Shown piece after piece: positions 33,691 to 43,511 of a stretch of 64,000 nucleotides of DNA. The notes beneath the pieces were generated by a model that saw only the letters and a program-made list of their open reading frames with translations, did not search any database and was not told the DNA's origin. Origin of the DNA: an uncultured Chloroflexia bacterium (GTDB taxonomy: Bacteria; Chloroflexota; Anaerolineae; CG2-30-64-16). Positions within the stretch are counted from its first letter, which is position 1, and the number at the start of each line of letters is the position of its first letter. Location of the stretch: assembly GCA_963774265.1 (NCBI GenBank), contig CAVZDU010000003.1:544001-608000 (forward strand). The letters are read 5' to 3'. A program made the translations under genes and the position numbers.

Positions 33691-34861
33691 ATGACCTTCG
33701 CCGACCGTGTCACCCATCTCGCGCCCGAAGGCGCCTATCTCATGCTCGCCCGCGCCCAGGCGCTCGAAGCGAGGGCCGCCACATCATCCACCTCGAAGAT
33801 CGGCCAGCCGGACGTGCCGACCTTCGAGAACATCAGCACGGCGGGCATCAAGGCGATCGAGGACGGCTTCACCCGTTACACGGCCCCCGCCGGCATGCCG
33901 GCCCTGCGGAAGGCGATCGCCGAGGACGCAGGGCGGCGCCGCGGCATGAGCTTCAGTCCCAGCCAGGTGGTCGTCGGCCCCGGCGCGAAGCCGGCCCTCT
34001 TCTTCCCGACCCTGGCACTGGTGCGCCCCGGCGACGAGGTGATCTACCCCGATCCGGGCTTCCCCACCTACGCGGCCATGATCGGCGTGGCTGGCGGCAA
34101 GGCCCGTGCCCGTGCCGCTGTTCGAGGAACAGGACTTCTCGTTCGACCTCGCCGCGTTCGACCGGCTGGTGTCCGACCGCACGCGGCTGATCATCCTCAA
34201 CTCGCCCAGCAACCCGACCGGCGGCGTCATGCCGCTCGCCGCGCTGGAGCACATCGCCAGCCGTCGCGATCGAGCGCGACATCTGGGTGCTCTCGGACGA
34301 GATCTACATGCGCCTCGCGTTCGACGGTCTGCGAGGTTCCGACCATCGCGGCGCTGCCCGGGCATGGCCGAGCGCACGATCATCTGCGACGGCTTCTCCA
34401 AGACCTACGCGATGACCGGCTGGCGGCTGGGCTACGGCATCATGCCTGAGGCGCTGGCCGAGCGCGTCGAGCTGCTTGCTGACCCATTCGGTCGGCTGCA
34501 CCGCGAGCTTCACGCAGGTGGCCGGCATCGAGGCGCTGACAGGGCCGCAGGACCAGGTCGATGCAGTGGTGGCCGAGTACCAGCGGCGCCGCGACGTGCT
34601 CGTGGCCGGGCTGAACAGGATTCCCGGGTGGCGCTGCCGGTCGCCGCAGGGCGCGTTCTACGTGTTCCCCAACATCTCGGCTACGGCAAGACATCGTCCT
34701 GGTGGGCAGACTTCCTGCTGGAGCAGGCGGGCGTGGCGGTCCTGCCCGGCACCTCGTTCGGTGCGCACGGCGAGGGGTATCTGCGGCTGTGTTTTGCCAA
34801 CTCGATGGAGAATCTCCGCGAGGCGATCGACCGGATCGCCGACGCAGTCGGGAGGGCTTAG
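33691..34861 (+). CDS. Class I/II PLP aminotransferase; several indels
   Basis: GQPD, NSPSNPTG, SDEIY, FSKTYAMTGWRLG, GAFY, PGTSFG..GEGYLR. Confidence 0.9.
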
Positions 34862-34864
34862 CCG

Positions 34865-36319
34865 GTGATCACCGCCAATTTTGCCGATCGCGGCACGCCA
34901 CGTCTTCGCGTGCTCTCGGACGAACAGTGCCGCGAACTAACCCTGGCATCGCTGGAATGCCTCGAGCGCATCGGCGTCAACGTGGCAAACGCGGAGGCAC
35001 GCGGTCTGCTGGCTGCGGCCGGCGCGTCGGTTGAAGGGCGCCGCGGTCCGCATCCCCGCGCGATCTCGTTCGCGATGCTATTGCGGCCACGCCGCCAACC
35101 TTCACCGTCTGGGGCCGCACCGGCGACAACCCGATGGACGTGGCGGGCGATCGCGTTCATTTCGGCCCCGGCCTCACCAGCACTTACTTCATCGACCCGG
35201 AGAGTGGCGAGCGCCGCGCTTCCCGCCGTGGCGACCCGGCCATGACCGCACGTGTGGCCGACGCGCTGCCCAACATCGACTACGTGATGGGCCTCGGCCT
35301 GATCGGTGACGGTCGCGCAGACCTGGCGTCGGTCTACGAGTTCGCCGAGATGCTTGCGAACACCGGCAAGCCCATCATTGCCTGGGCGCACCAGCCGAGC
35401 AACGTCGCGGCCATGCACCGCATGGCTGCAGCGGTCGTGGGCGGCGAGGATGCACTCGCCCGGCGCCCGATCTTCGCGCTCTTCTCGACCTACCCCTCGC
35501 CGCTGCGCCATACGGACGAGGACCTGGCGAACGCCCTGTGGGCCGCGCGGCATCGCATCCCGGTGGTTTACCTGGGCGGACCGATCGTGGGTATCGAGTC
35601 GCCGTTCAGCAGCGCCAGTGCGCTGGTGATCCACCAGGCCGCAGCGCTGAGCGGGTTGACGATCATCCAGCTTGCGCATCGCGGGGCGGCTGCGGCCATC
35701 GGCGGGCTGCCTTCGCCGATGGACCTCCACACCGCGCGGCCTTCTTACGGTTCACCCGAGGCCAGTCTGCTCAGCGGCGGCCGCGGCCGATCTGGCCCGC
35801 TACCTCGGGCTGCCCTTCATGGGCACCGCGGGCGCCTCGGAGAGCAAGCTGCTCGACGCGCAGGCGGGGCTGGAAGCCGCGCTCCAGGTCCTCATGTCCG
35901 CGCTCAGCGGCGCGTCGCTCGTCCACGACGCCGGTTTTCTCGACTGTGCGGACATCGGCTCATTGTCGATGCTCGTCCTGGTCGACGAGATCATCGGAAT
36001 GGTCAAGCGCATCATCCGCGGGGTCGAGGTCAACCGCGAGACTATCATGTTGGACCTGATCGAGAAGATTGGGCCGGGTGGCCACTTCCTGGAGGAGTCG
36101 GCATCGGCAGTCCTCTCCCGCCGCGAAGTGTGGATGCCAACCGTGCTCGATCGCAACCAATACGCCATCTGGGAGCAGGCCGGGAGCCGCGACACCAGCC
36201 AGCGGGTCAACGACAAGGTGCGCAAGATCCTGACGAAGCATCAACCGGCCGCGTTATCAGCCGAAGCGGAGCAAGCCATTCAGACGATCCTGGCCGACGA
36301 AGAAGCCCGGCCGGCGTAG
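34865..36319 (+). CDS. MttB-superfamily methyltransferase 4 (non-Pyl); indels near 35050-35130 and 35775
   Basis: NTGKP, PSPL, YGSPE, GTAGASESKLLDAQAG, HDAGF, IGPGGHFL. Confidence 0.88.
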
Positions 36320-36343
36320 TCGTATCAAAACTGGAGATGACAC

Positions 36344-36656
36344 ATGGAAACCGTTCTCTCATCCAGAACCGTGACTGTTGTGATCAGCCCTGAGGCGCCG
36401 TTTGTGATTATCGGCGAGCGAATCAACCCTACTGGCCGCAAGAAGCTGGCCGCAGAACTGGCTTCGGGCGATTTCTCGCGCGTCCGCTCCGATGCCCTGG
36501 CACAGATCGAGGCCAGCGCTGCGCACCGCGATCCTCGCCGCGATCCTCGCCGCGGACCTGTTTCTATGGCACGATGAATACGGGCGGATGTGGATCAAGG
36601 GGTGGCGGAAGCGCGAGAAGGCGAAGGCTGCCGCAGCAGCCGCGGGCGCAGTCTAA
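36344..36656 (+). pseudogene. Methyltetrahydrofolate:corrinoid methyltransferase (pterin-binding) with internal deletion
   Basis: N-terminal IIGERINPTGRKKLA..AQIEA joined out of frame to a C-terminal AILAADLFL.HDEYG..WIK; the barrel core is absent; 12-bp tandem duplication at 36526-36549. Confidence 0.8.
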
Positions 36657-36689
36657 AAACTTGTCTGATCTTCGAGGTAGGAGGGGTAA

Positions 36690-37659
36690 ATGAAAGTCGT
36701 CGTTATCCACGAGACCGGTGGGCCGGAGGTGCTTAAGCTGGAGGAGCGGCCGACGCCGCAGCCTGGTCCGGGACAGGCTCTCCTTAAGATGGCCGCAATC
36801 GGCGTCAACTTCGTAGAGATCTACCAACGCTCGGGCGTGTATCAGGTGGACCTCCCATTCGTCTTGGGCGGCGAGGGCGCAGGCACGGTGGAGACCGTGG
36901 GGCCCGGCGTTACCGAGGTGAAGCCGGGCGATCGGGTGGCCTGGCTGGGCGGCTCGGGAACCTACGCCACGGAGGCGCTGGCGCCGGCGGACAAGCTGGT
37001 GCCGCTCCCGGATGGCATCAGTTTTGAGTTGGGCGCCGCAGCGATGGTCCAGGGCCTGACCGCGTATGCGCTCTCCCATGAGACCTATCGCTTGCAGCCG
37101 GGAGATCGCTGCCTGGTCCATGCCGCTGCCGGTGGCGTTGGGCTGCTGTTGTGCCAGATGGCCAAGATGGCGGGCGCCTACGTCATCGGCACAACATCCA
37201 CCGAGGAAAAGGCGCAGCGGGCCCGGGAGGCCGGGGCGAACGAGGTGATCCTATACACGCAGCAGGATTTCGAGGCCGAGGTCAAGCGCATCACGGGCGG
37301 GCAGGGCGTGCAGGTGGTGTACGACTCGGTCGGCAAGGACACCTTCGACAAGAGCCTGGCCTGCCTGGCCCCGCGCGGGCTGCCTCGCGTCGTTTGGCCA
37401 GTCGAGCGGCGTGGTGCCGCCTTTCGACATCCTCCGCTTGGGCGGGCCGAAGAGCGCCTACCTCACCCGGCCCACGATCTTCACGTACGTCCGGCGCCGG
37501 GAGGATTTGCTGCGATACGCCGGTGTCGTGCTGGATTGGATCCAGGCCGGCCGGCTGCACCTGCGCATCGACCGCACCTACCCGCTTGCCGAGGCTGGGG
37601 CGGCCCACCAGGCGCTGGCCAGCCGGGGCACAAGCGGCAAGGTGCTCCTGGCGCCCTGA
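36690..37659 (+). CDS. qor: NADPH:quinone oxidoreductase (MDR/zeta-crystallin family); frameshift near 37385
   Basis: GGPEVL, GVNF, HAAAGGVG, YDSVGKDTF, GKVLL. Confidence 0.9.
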
Positions 37660-37790
37660 GAGCTGGCGGTAACGGCAGAGATTGTCCGGAAAGACCTCGA
37701 ACCAGGTATCTGTGACAATCGGGGCGCCTGTGCTATACTATGCAAAGCCCCGGCAGTGATGCCGGGAGTTTTCTTTGCTCGGAACCTTTC

Positions 37791-39059
37791 ATGTCACCTA
37801 CAGCCGTGGCCGTCGTGCGCTCGGTGCGCAACTATGGCGCTCGACTCCGCATGTTTCGTCCCAACGCCCGCCTCTACCTCGCCAACGTGGTCATCGCGGG
37901 CGTGGCAATGGGCGTATTCCGGCTCATCTTTAATTTTTTCATTCTGTCTCGCGGCTTCGATGAAGCCTTGCTCGGCGGACTCGTCACGATCAATAGCCTC
38001 ACCTCGCTGATCGTCGCGCTGCCCATCGGCTATGCTGCGGATGCGCTCGGCCGCAAGCGTTCGCTCCTCATCTCGGGCGCACTCACCAGCCTGTCGGTCG
38101 TGCTGATGGTCCTCGTGCCATCCACTACGATGCTCTATACCGCTAATATCCTCTTCGGCATCAGCCAGTCGCTGGCCGCGGTGACCATGAGCCCGTTCCT
38201 CATGGAAAACAGCGGCGAGGCGGAGCGCACCTACCTGTTCAGCTTCAGCTCGGGGTTGCAGATGGCATCCCAGTCGGTGGGGAATTGGATTGGCGGCGTG
38301 ATGCCGGGCTGGGTGGGCCGGGCGCAGGGAGTCGACCCGATGAGCAGTCAGGCCTATGGCGCCTCACTGTTAATCATCGCGGGTGTTGCTGGCGTGTCGT
38401 TGCTGCCGCTGGTCTTGATGCGAATGCCACAACTGTCGCAGACGCAGCGCACCGTCTTCGCACCGATCACTTACGCGCAACGGCACCCGGCGCTTCTCGG
38501 CAAGCTGGTCCTGCCGATGCTGGTCACTTCCATCGGCGCCGGCCTGATCATGCCGTTCATGAACGTCTTCTTCCGGCAGCAGTACGGCCAGCCTGACCCG
38601 GCGATCGGCGCGCTGTTTGCGTGGGGGTCCCTGGCAATGGGGGTAGGCCTGATCGTCGCGCCGCCGCTGGCCGAGCGGATGGGCAAGATCCAGCTCGTTG
38701 TAATCACCCAGGCGCTGTCAATCCCGTTCCTGATTTTGCTTGGGTTCGCGCCGTGGTTCTGGCTGAGCGTGATCGCATACCTGGTGCGCGTCGCACTCAT
38801 GAACATGAGCAGCCCGATCTACCAGACCTTTGTGATGGAACGCGTGGATCCCTCTGCCCGGGCTACGGTGGCGAGCCTGGTGAGCATGTCGTGGAACTTC
38901 GGTTGGGCATTCTCCCCGATCGTCAGTGGATGGCTGCAAGTGCGCTACGGTTTCGGCCCACCGTTCGTGTTGACGATCGTGCTCTACACGGTGTCGGTGG
39001 CCCTGTACCGGGCGTTTTTCTGGCGGAAACCGAGCGTGGACCAGGAAGGTGCGGAATAA
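37791..39059 (+). CDS. MFS transporter
   Basis: About 12 TM helices; motif A GYAADALGRKR. Confidence 0.9.
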   Translation: MSPTAVAVVRSVRNYGARLRMFRPNARLYLANVVIAGVAMGVFRLIFNFFILSRGFDEALLGGLVTINSLTSLIVALPIGYAADALGRKRSLLISGALTSLSVVLMVLVPSTTMLYTANILFGISQSLAAVTMSPFLMENSGEAERTYLFSFSSGLQMASQSVGNWIGGVMPGWVGRAQGVDPMSSQAYGASLLIIAGVAGVSLLPLVLMRMPQLSQTQRTVFAPITYAQRHPALLGKLVLPMLVTSIGAGLIMPFMNVFFRQQYGQPDPAIGALFAWGSLAMGVGLIVAPPLAERMGKIQLVVITQALSIPFLILLGFAPWFWLSVIAYLVRVALMNMSSPIYQTFVMERVDPSARATVASLVSMSWNFGWAFSPIVSGWLQVRYGFGPPFVLTIVLYTVSVALYRAFFWRKPSVDQEGAE

Positions 39060-39062
39060 CGA

Positions 39063-39112
39063 AGAGGCGCGAAGCACGGAAAAAGACTCCACGCTCCGCG
39101 CTCCGCGCCTCT
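39063..39112. terminator. Stem-loop between convergent genes
   Basis: 18-bp inverted repeat, 16/18 matches. Confidence 0.6.
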
Positions 39113-39160
39113 GCGCCCCTCTACGACTTCCTGGTCACTGCCCTCGGACCAACCGGTCGT

Positions 39161-39757
39161 CTACTCTATCGTCCGCTCAGGGCCCTTGTCCCGCCATGCG
39201 TCGATGAACTTGCGGATGCGAGCCCCATCGAAGCTGTCCATCTTGTCCAGCCAACCCCATGCGGTCAGCGCGAGGGCAGCGTCCTTGTTCTGCCGCGGGA
39301 CGACGACCATCTTCCAGCCATCATACGAGTCGAAAATACCTCGAAGCTGTTGCTTCGTCGTCTCACAGTCCGCGAGCCGGCTGCAATCGTAGGCGATCAC
39401 GATGTGGCCGTGTTCGAGATTGTGAACCAGCCTTTCATCCAATTGCGGAGTGTCGTAGAAGCCTGCGTCCAGTGGGTTGATATAGTGTGGGCCGGACGTC
39501 GGAGGGTCGGAGTTGTACGGGGGATGCGACTGTCCATCCGCGATATGGTCCGCGCCCTGGATCGGGATGCGTTCGCCGGGCGCGCCGGCCAGCGCGACGT
39601 TCGACTGAACCAGCAGCACCAACGCAACGATGACGCCGATGGCTACAAGCGCCCCGCCCACCCAGGTGAGGCTACGGTACAGCTTCTGATTTTGCCTTTT
39701 GGCCGCCGTCTTCATTGCTGGCACGTTTTTGGGCACTGTTGTACGACGTTTCGCCAT
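39161..39757 (-). CDS. DUF3105-family membrane-anchored protein
   Basis: YNSDPPTSGPHY, LVHNLEHG, ALTAWG, GPE. Confidence 0.88.
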   Translation of the reverse strand: MAKRRTTVPKNVPAMKTAAKRQNQKLYRSLTWVGGALVAIGVIVALVLLVQSNVALAGAPGERIPIQGADHIADGQSHPPYNSDPPTSGPHYINPLDAGFYDTPQLDERLVHNLEHGHIVIAYDCSRLADCETTKQQLRGIFDSYDGWKMVVVPRQNKDAALALTAWGWLDKMDSFDGARIRKFIDAWRDKGPERTIE

Positions 39758-39845
39758 GACTCCTCCTGCTCGCTTTGATCACTGCGCTATTCGATCCAAT
39801 CCGATAGCACCATCCGCTCCCCAGTTGGCTCAAAAAGGACTTTCT

Positions 39846-39960
39846 CTACTTTAAAAATAGGAATATGCGTAAATACTTTACCATCGCCCACCATTCCTCG
39901 TCTGTATACAATGATCCGAATTCGGGCATTCCGGCGTCCATGCTGACGCGCTGGGACGCC
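39846..39960 (-). pseudogene. Possible C-terminal remnant of a c-type cytochrome gene
   Basis: GMPEFGSLYTDEEWWAMVKYLR resembles the axial-Met/C-terminal helix of class I cytochromes c; no CxxCH present. Confidence 0.45.
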
Positions 39961-40081
39961 GCGAGCGACACGTCCATTGGCGCCCCCCCACGCTTTGTAA
40001 GCGTCACAATGGACACGGCGCCTGAGGGACGCGACAATATCCCTAATCGTATCCAGCTACGAAGTGAGTTCAGGAGCTTGA

Positions 40082-40741
40082 ATGCCCAATCCCATTCGCG
40101 TCCTACTTGCCGATGACCATGCGATTGTTCGCAAGGGGATCAGGGAGTTTCTCGAAGAAGACCCCGATATCGCCATCGTGGCCGAGGCGACCAATGGGCA
40201 GGAGGCTCTGCGCCTGGCCGCCGAGCATCTGCCCGATGTAGCTGTGCTCGACATTCAGATGCCCGTGATGAACGGCATCGACGCCACGACTCAGATAAAG
40301 GCTCAGCTTCCGGCAGTCCGCGTATTGGTGTTGACCGCCTATGAGGATGATCCCTACATCTTCGCGCTGCTACGCGCGGGCGCGGACGGGTACATCCTCA
40401 AGAATGCGGATGCAGATGAGATCGTCCGGGCAGTGAAGTCGGTCGCCGAGGGCGATAAGGTCCTGGATCCGGCCGTCGCGGCCAGGGTGATCGCTCAGAT
40501 GACTACGGGCAAGCCGGCCGCAGCACACGAGCAGGTCGAGCCGCTCTCGGATCGCGAGCTGGACGTGCTGAGGCTGGCCGGCCAGGGCCTGACCAACAAG
40601 GCGATTGGCCATACCCTGAGCATTAGCGATCGCACGGTGCAGGGGCACCTGGCCAACATCTACGGCAAGCTCGGCGTCGCCTCGCGCACCGAGGCCGTCA
40701 CTAAAGCCCTCAAGCTGGGTTGGATCGTCCTGGACAGGTAG
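40082..40741 (+). CDS. NarL/LuxR-family response regulator
   Basis: LADDH, LDIQMP, YILK, LSDRE..GLTNKAI..RTV.HL HTH. Confidence 0.95.
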   Translation: MPNPIRVLLADDHAIVRKGIREFLEEDPDIAIVAEATNGQEALRLAAEHLPDVAVLDIQMPVMNGIDATTQIKAQLPAVRVLVLTAYEDDPYIFALLRAGADGYILKNADADEIVRAVKSVAEGDKVLDPAVAARVIAQMTTGKPAAAHEQVEPLSDRELDVLRLAGQGLTNKAIGHTLSISDRTVQGHLANIYGKLGVASRTEAVTKALKLGWIVLDR

Positions 40742-40742
40742 T

Positions 40743-42467
40743 ATGACCCTTCCTGAGCGCTCGCCTACCGCCTCGTTGCCGTTCCTGCGCAGATTACGCG
40801 GTCTCCGCGTGCAGCTCCTCCTGTGGACGATCCTGCCGCTTGCCCTCGTGCTGATCGTCCTCTCGCTCGTCAGCATCTCGCGACACCGCCAGGCCATGAC
40901 TCAACTTGTGGAGGATCGCGATCGCGGTCTGGCCCTTGCGGAGGCGAATCGACTTGCGCGTGAAATTGACAATCGAGCCGCCGCGCTGTCGCAAAGTGCT
41001 GCCGCGACAGACCTGCCCCCACTGCCGCCGGACCTGCTCGAATTCTTTCCCTCCGGCCTTGCCCTGTTGAAGGGCGATGGCCGCGTCGTGGAACGTCTTG
41101 GCGTCGACCACGGGTGGATCGATAGCGAAGAGGCTCAGGTGCTGGCTGCGCGGGCCCGATCGATGGCTCAACCTCAATTCGAAAGCCACTTCGCCGCCGG
41201 CGAAGAGCCGCATCTGCTCGTCGGTGTTGCCGTAAAGGGTGATCGCGCCCTGCTCGGCGCAGTGCCCGCGGCCTTGCTTGGCCTGGTCGACAGTGGTAGC
41301 CTGATCCAAACGGAGACGCATGGCGCAGCGTTGGTCCTGGACGGCACCGGACGCATCCTGTTCGGCCTCGGCAATGACAGTCTGCATCTTTCCGGGATCG
41401 CCGACCTGCCGCCTGTCGACCCGGGCGGTGCAGGCGTCTCGCATTTGACGGGTGGAGAGCACGACCTGCTGATCGCATACGCCCGCGTTGCTCCGACGGG
41501 GTGGACTCTTGCCATCGCCGAAGACGTTCACGCAATTGACACAATGGGTCTCAGCGTCGTCGAGCTTCTTCCGATGGTGCTCTTATTCATCGCCGTCTTG
41601 GCCCTACTGGCGCTTTCCTTTGGCGTCGCCAACGTCGTCCGGCCGCTTCAGGAGCTGGACCGCCGGGCGCGTCGCGTGGCTTGGGGGGATTTCGATGCCG
41701 TAAATGCGCCAGTCGGCGGCGTTCAAGAGATGGATGAGTTGCGTGCAACTCTTGCGCAAATGGCGGAGCGGATACGCGCATACCAGGCTGGGATGCGCGA
41801 CTATCTGAGCGCCGTGACTCAGGCGCAGGAAGCGGAGCGCGAGCGCCTGGCGCACGATCTTCACGACGACACGGTCCAGGCGCTGATTGCACTCCGCCAG
41901 CGTGCACAGATGGCCCGTAAGTCGCTTGGGGGCGCCGCCCCGGATCCAGCCCGCGCCAGTGAGCGCCTTGACGAGCTGATGGGGTTGATCGACCAGGAAC
42001 TTACCAATTTGCGACGGCTCATTGGCGATTTGCGGCCCATTTATCTCGAGGATTTGGGGTTTGTCCCTGCGTTGGAGATGCTGGTGCAGCAAACTGAGGC
42101 GCGGCACGGGCTGAGGGTGCAACTGCAGGTGGAGGGTGAAACGGTGCGGCTGGCGCCTGACCTGGAGCTGGCCGCATACCGAATTGCGCAACAGGCTTTG
42201 GCCAATGCCGCGGTGCATGCTCGCGCGGAGAGCGCGACTGTCAGGGTGGTGTTCAGTGAAAACGAGTTGCTCCTGACCGTACAGGATGATGGTCGTGGTT
42301 TCGAACCGCCCGAACAACCGGCGGATCTGGCTCGCAACGGTCATTTCGGCTTGATGGGTATGCGTGAACGAACGCTACTACATGGCGGTCGCCTGGCAAT
42401 TGATTCAGCGCCGGATCACGGCGCAACGATCTCCGCGTGGCTGCCGATACCACAGGCGGCGCAGTAG
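40743..42467 (+). CDS. Sensor histidine kinase (Cache-like/HAMP/HisKA_3)
   Basis: Two TM helices, HAMP, ERERLAHDLHD, DDGRGF, GLMGMRER. Confidence 0.93.
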   Translation: MTLPERSPTASLPFLRRLRGLRVQLLLWTILPLALVLIVLSLVSISRHRQAMTQLVEDRDRGLALAEANRLAREIDNRAAALSQSAAATDLPPLPPDLLEFFPSGLALLKGDGRVVERLGVDHGWIDSEEAQVLAARARSMAQPQFESHFAAGEEPHLLVGVAVKGDRALLGAVPAALLGLVDSGSLIQTETHGAALVLDGTGRILFGLGNDSLHLSGIADLPPVDPGGAGVSHLTGGEHDLLIAYARVAPTGWTLAIAEDVHAIDTMGLSVVELLPMVLLFIAVLALLALSFGVANVVRPLQELDRRARRVAWGDFDAVNAPVGGVQEMDELRATLAQMAERIRAYQAGMRDYLSAVTQAQEAERERLAHDLHDDTVQALIALRQRAQMARKSLGGAAPDPARASERLDELMGLIDQELTNLRRLIGDLRPIYLEDLGFVPALEMLVQQTEARHGLRVQLQVEGETVRLAPDLELAAYRIAQQALANAAVHARAESATVRVVFSENELLLTVQDDGRGFEPPEQPADLARNGHFGLMGMRERTLLHGGRLAIDSAPDHGATISAWLPIPQAAQ

Positions 42468-42525
42468 CGACTACTGTCGCGACTGCGGTCGCTATCATAT
42501 AGAAGATCCATTCAGGAGGCTCCCC

Positions 42526-43455
42526 ATGCAGAACGGAAAGAAGGTGGCAGTTGTTCTTAGTGGCGGCGGCATCCGAGGCCCGCTGCAAGTCGGCGCACTC
42601 GAATCGCTTCTCGAACACGGCATCCAGCCGGACATGTTCGTCGGCACATCCGCAGGCTCGCTCAATTCGGGCTTCCTCGCCGCACATGGCCCGATCTTGG
42701 ACAGCATCCGTTACCTGAAGGATGCCTGGCGCTCGGCCACGCGCGATGTAGTCTATCCCGGCAATATCTTCACCATCGCTGGCCGACTGGTGTCGGGCGA
42801 TGATGGACTCTTCCCCACGGACGGCATGCGCCGGCTGATCCAGAGCCACCTGCCGCCGGACGTACGCACCTTCGGCCAGCTCAAGGCCGAGTGCTATTTG
42901 TCCGCGGTCGACCTCATCAGCCGCAAGCTGTTCGTCTTCGGTGATTTCCCGGAGGCGCCCCTGATCGAAGGCATGATGGCGTCGAGCGTCATCCCCGTGC
43001 TGCAGCCGCCGCTTATGTACGCCAGCAAGCAGCTCGTGGATGGCGGCGTGCTCGCGGAGGTGCCCTGCAGTATCGCCATGGATCGCGGGGCGCAGGTGAT
43101 CTATGCGGTCAACCTTGGCGCGGGCGAAGAACCGGGTGCGCCGGTCAAGGGGCTCTTCAATATCTTCATGCGCACCGTGGAAACGTGGTTAGTGCAGACT
43201 CTCTACACGGATCTGCGACGCGCGAGGATGGATCCTGCGATCGAGTTGCACCATATTCAGATCTGTGCGTTTGCGGATCTGCCCTTTAATGACTTCGATC
43301 ACATCGAAGAGCAGTTCGAGGCTGGCAAGCAGACCATGGATCTGTATCTGTCCGCGCCGCAGCCGCGTGACGTGTTCATGCCAGAAAGTGCGGAGATGCC
43401 ACAGCTTGAGGAAGTTGGCGGAATGCGGGAGTTTGTCCTGCCGCAGTCCCGGTAA
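42526..43455 (+). CDS. Patatin-like phospholipase
   Basis: LSGGGIRG, GTSAG, DGG; AGGAGG RBS before ATG 42526. Confidence 0.92.
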   Translation: MQNGKKVAVVLSGGGIRGPLQVGALESLLEHGIQPDMFVGTSAGSLNSGFLAAHGPILDSIRYLKDAWRSATRDVVYPGNIFTIAGRLVSGDDGLFPTDGMRRLIQSHLPPDVRTFGQLKAECYLSAVDLISRKLFVFGDFPEAPLIEGMMASSVIPVLQPPLMYASKQLVDGGVLAEVPCSIAMDRGAQVIYAVNLGAGEEPGAPVKGLFNIFMRTVETWLVQTLYTDLRRARMDPAIELHHIQICAFADLPFNDFDHIEEQFEAGKQTMDLYLSAPQPRDVFMPESAEMPQLEEVGGMREFVLPQSR

Positions 43456-43466
43456 GGCGTCGCCAT

Positions 43467-43501
43467 TCACCACAGTCCCGCGATCTGCGGGGCTGTGGTG
43501 A
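43467..43501. terminator. Stem-loop between convergent patatin and HAD genes
   Basis: TCACCACAGTCCCGC/GCGGGGCTGTGGTGA inverted repeat. Confidence 0.65.
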
Positions 43502-43511
43502 TTTCGTCACC

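Noticed and set aside
16887-36319. Pyrrolysine or selenocysteine recoding in the mttB genes
   Set aside because: Sense codons occupy the Pyl-equivalent site, the breaks are frameshifts rather than in-frame stops, and no pyl or sel genes are in the window
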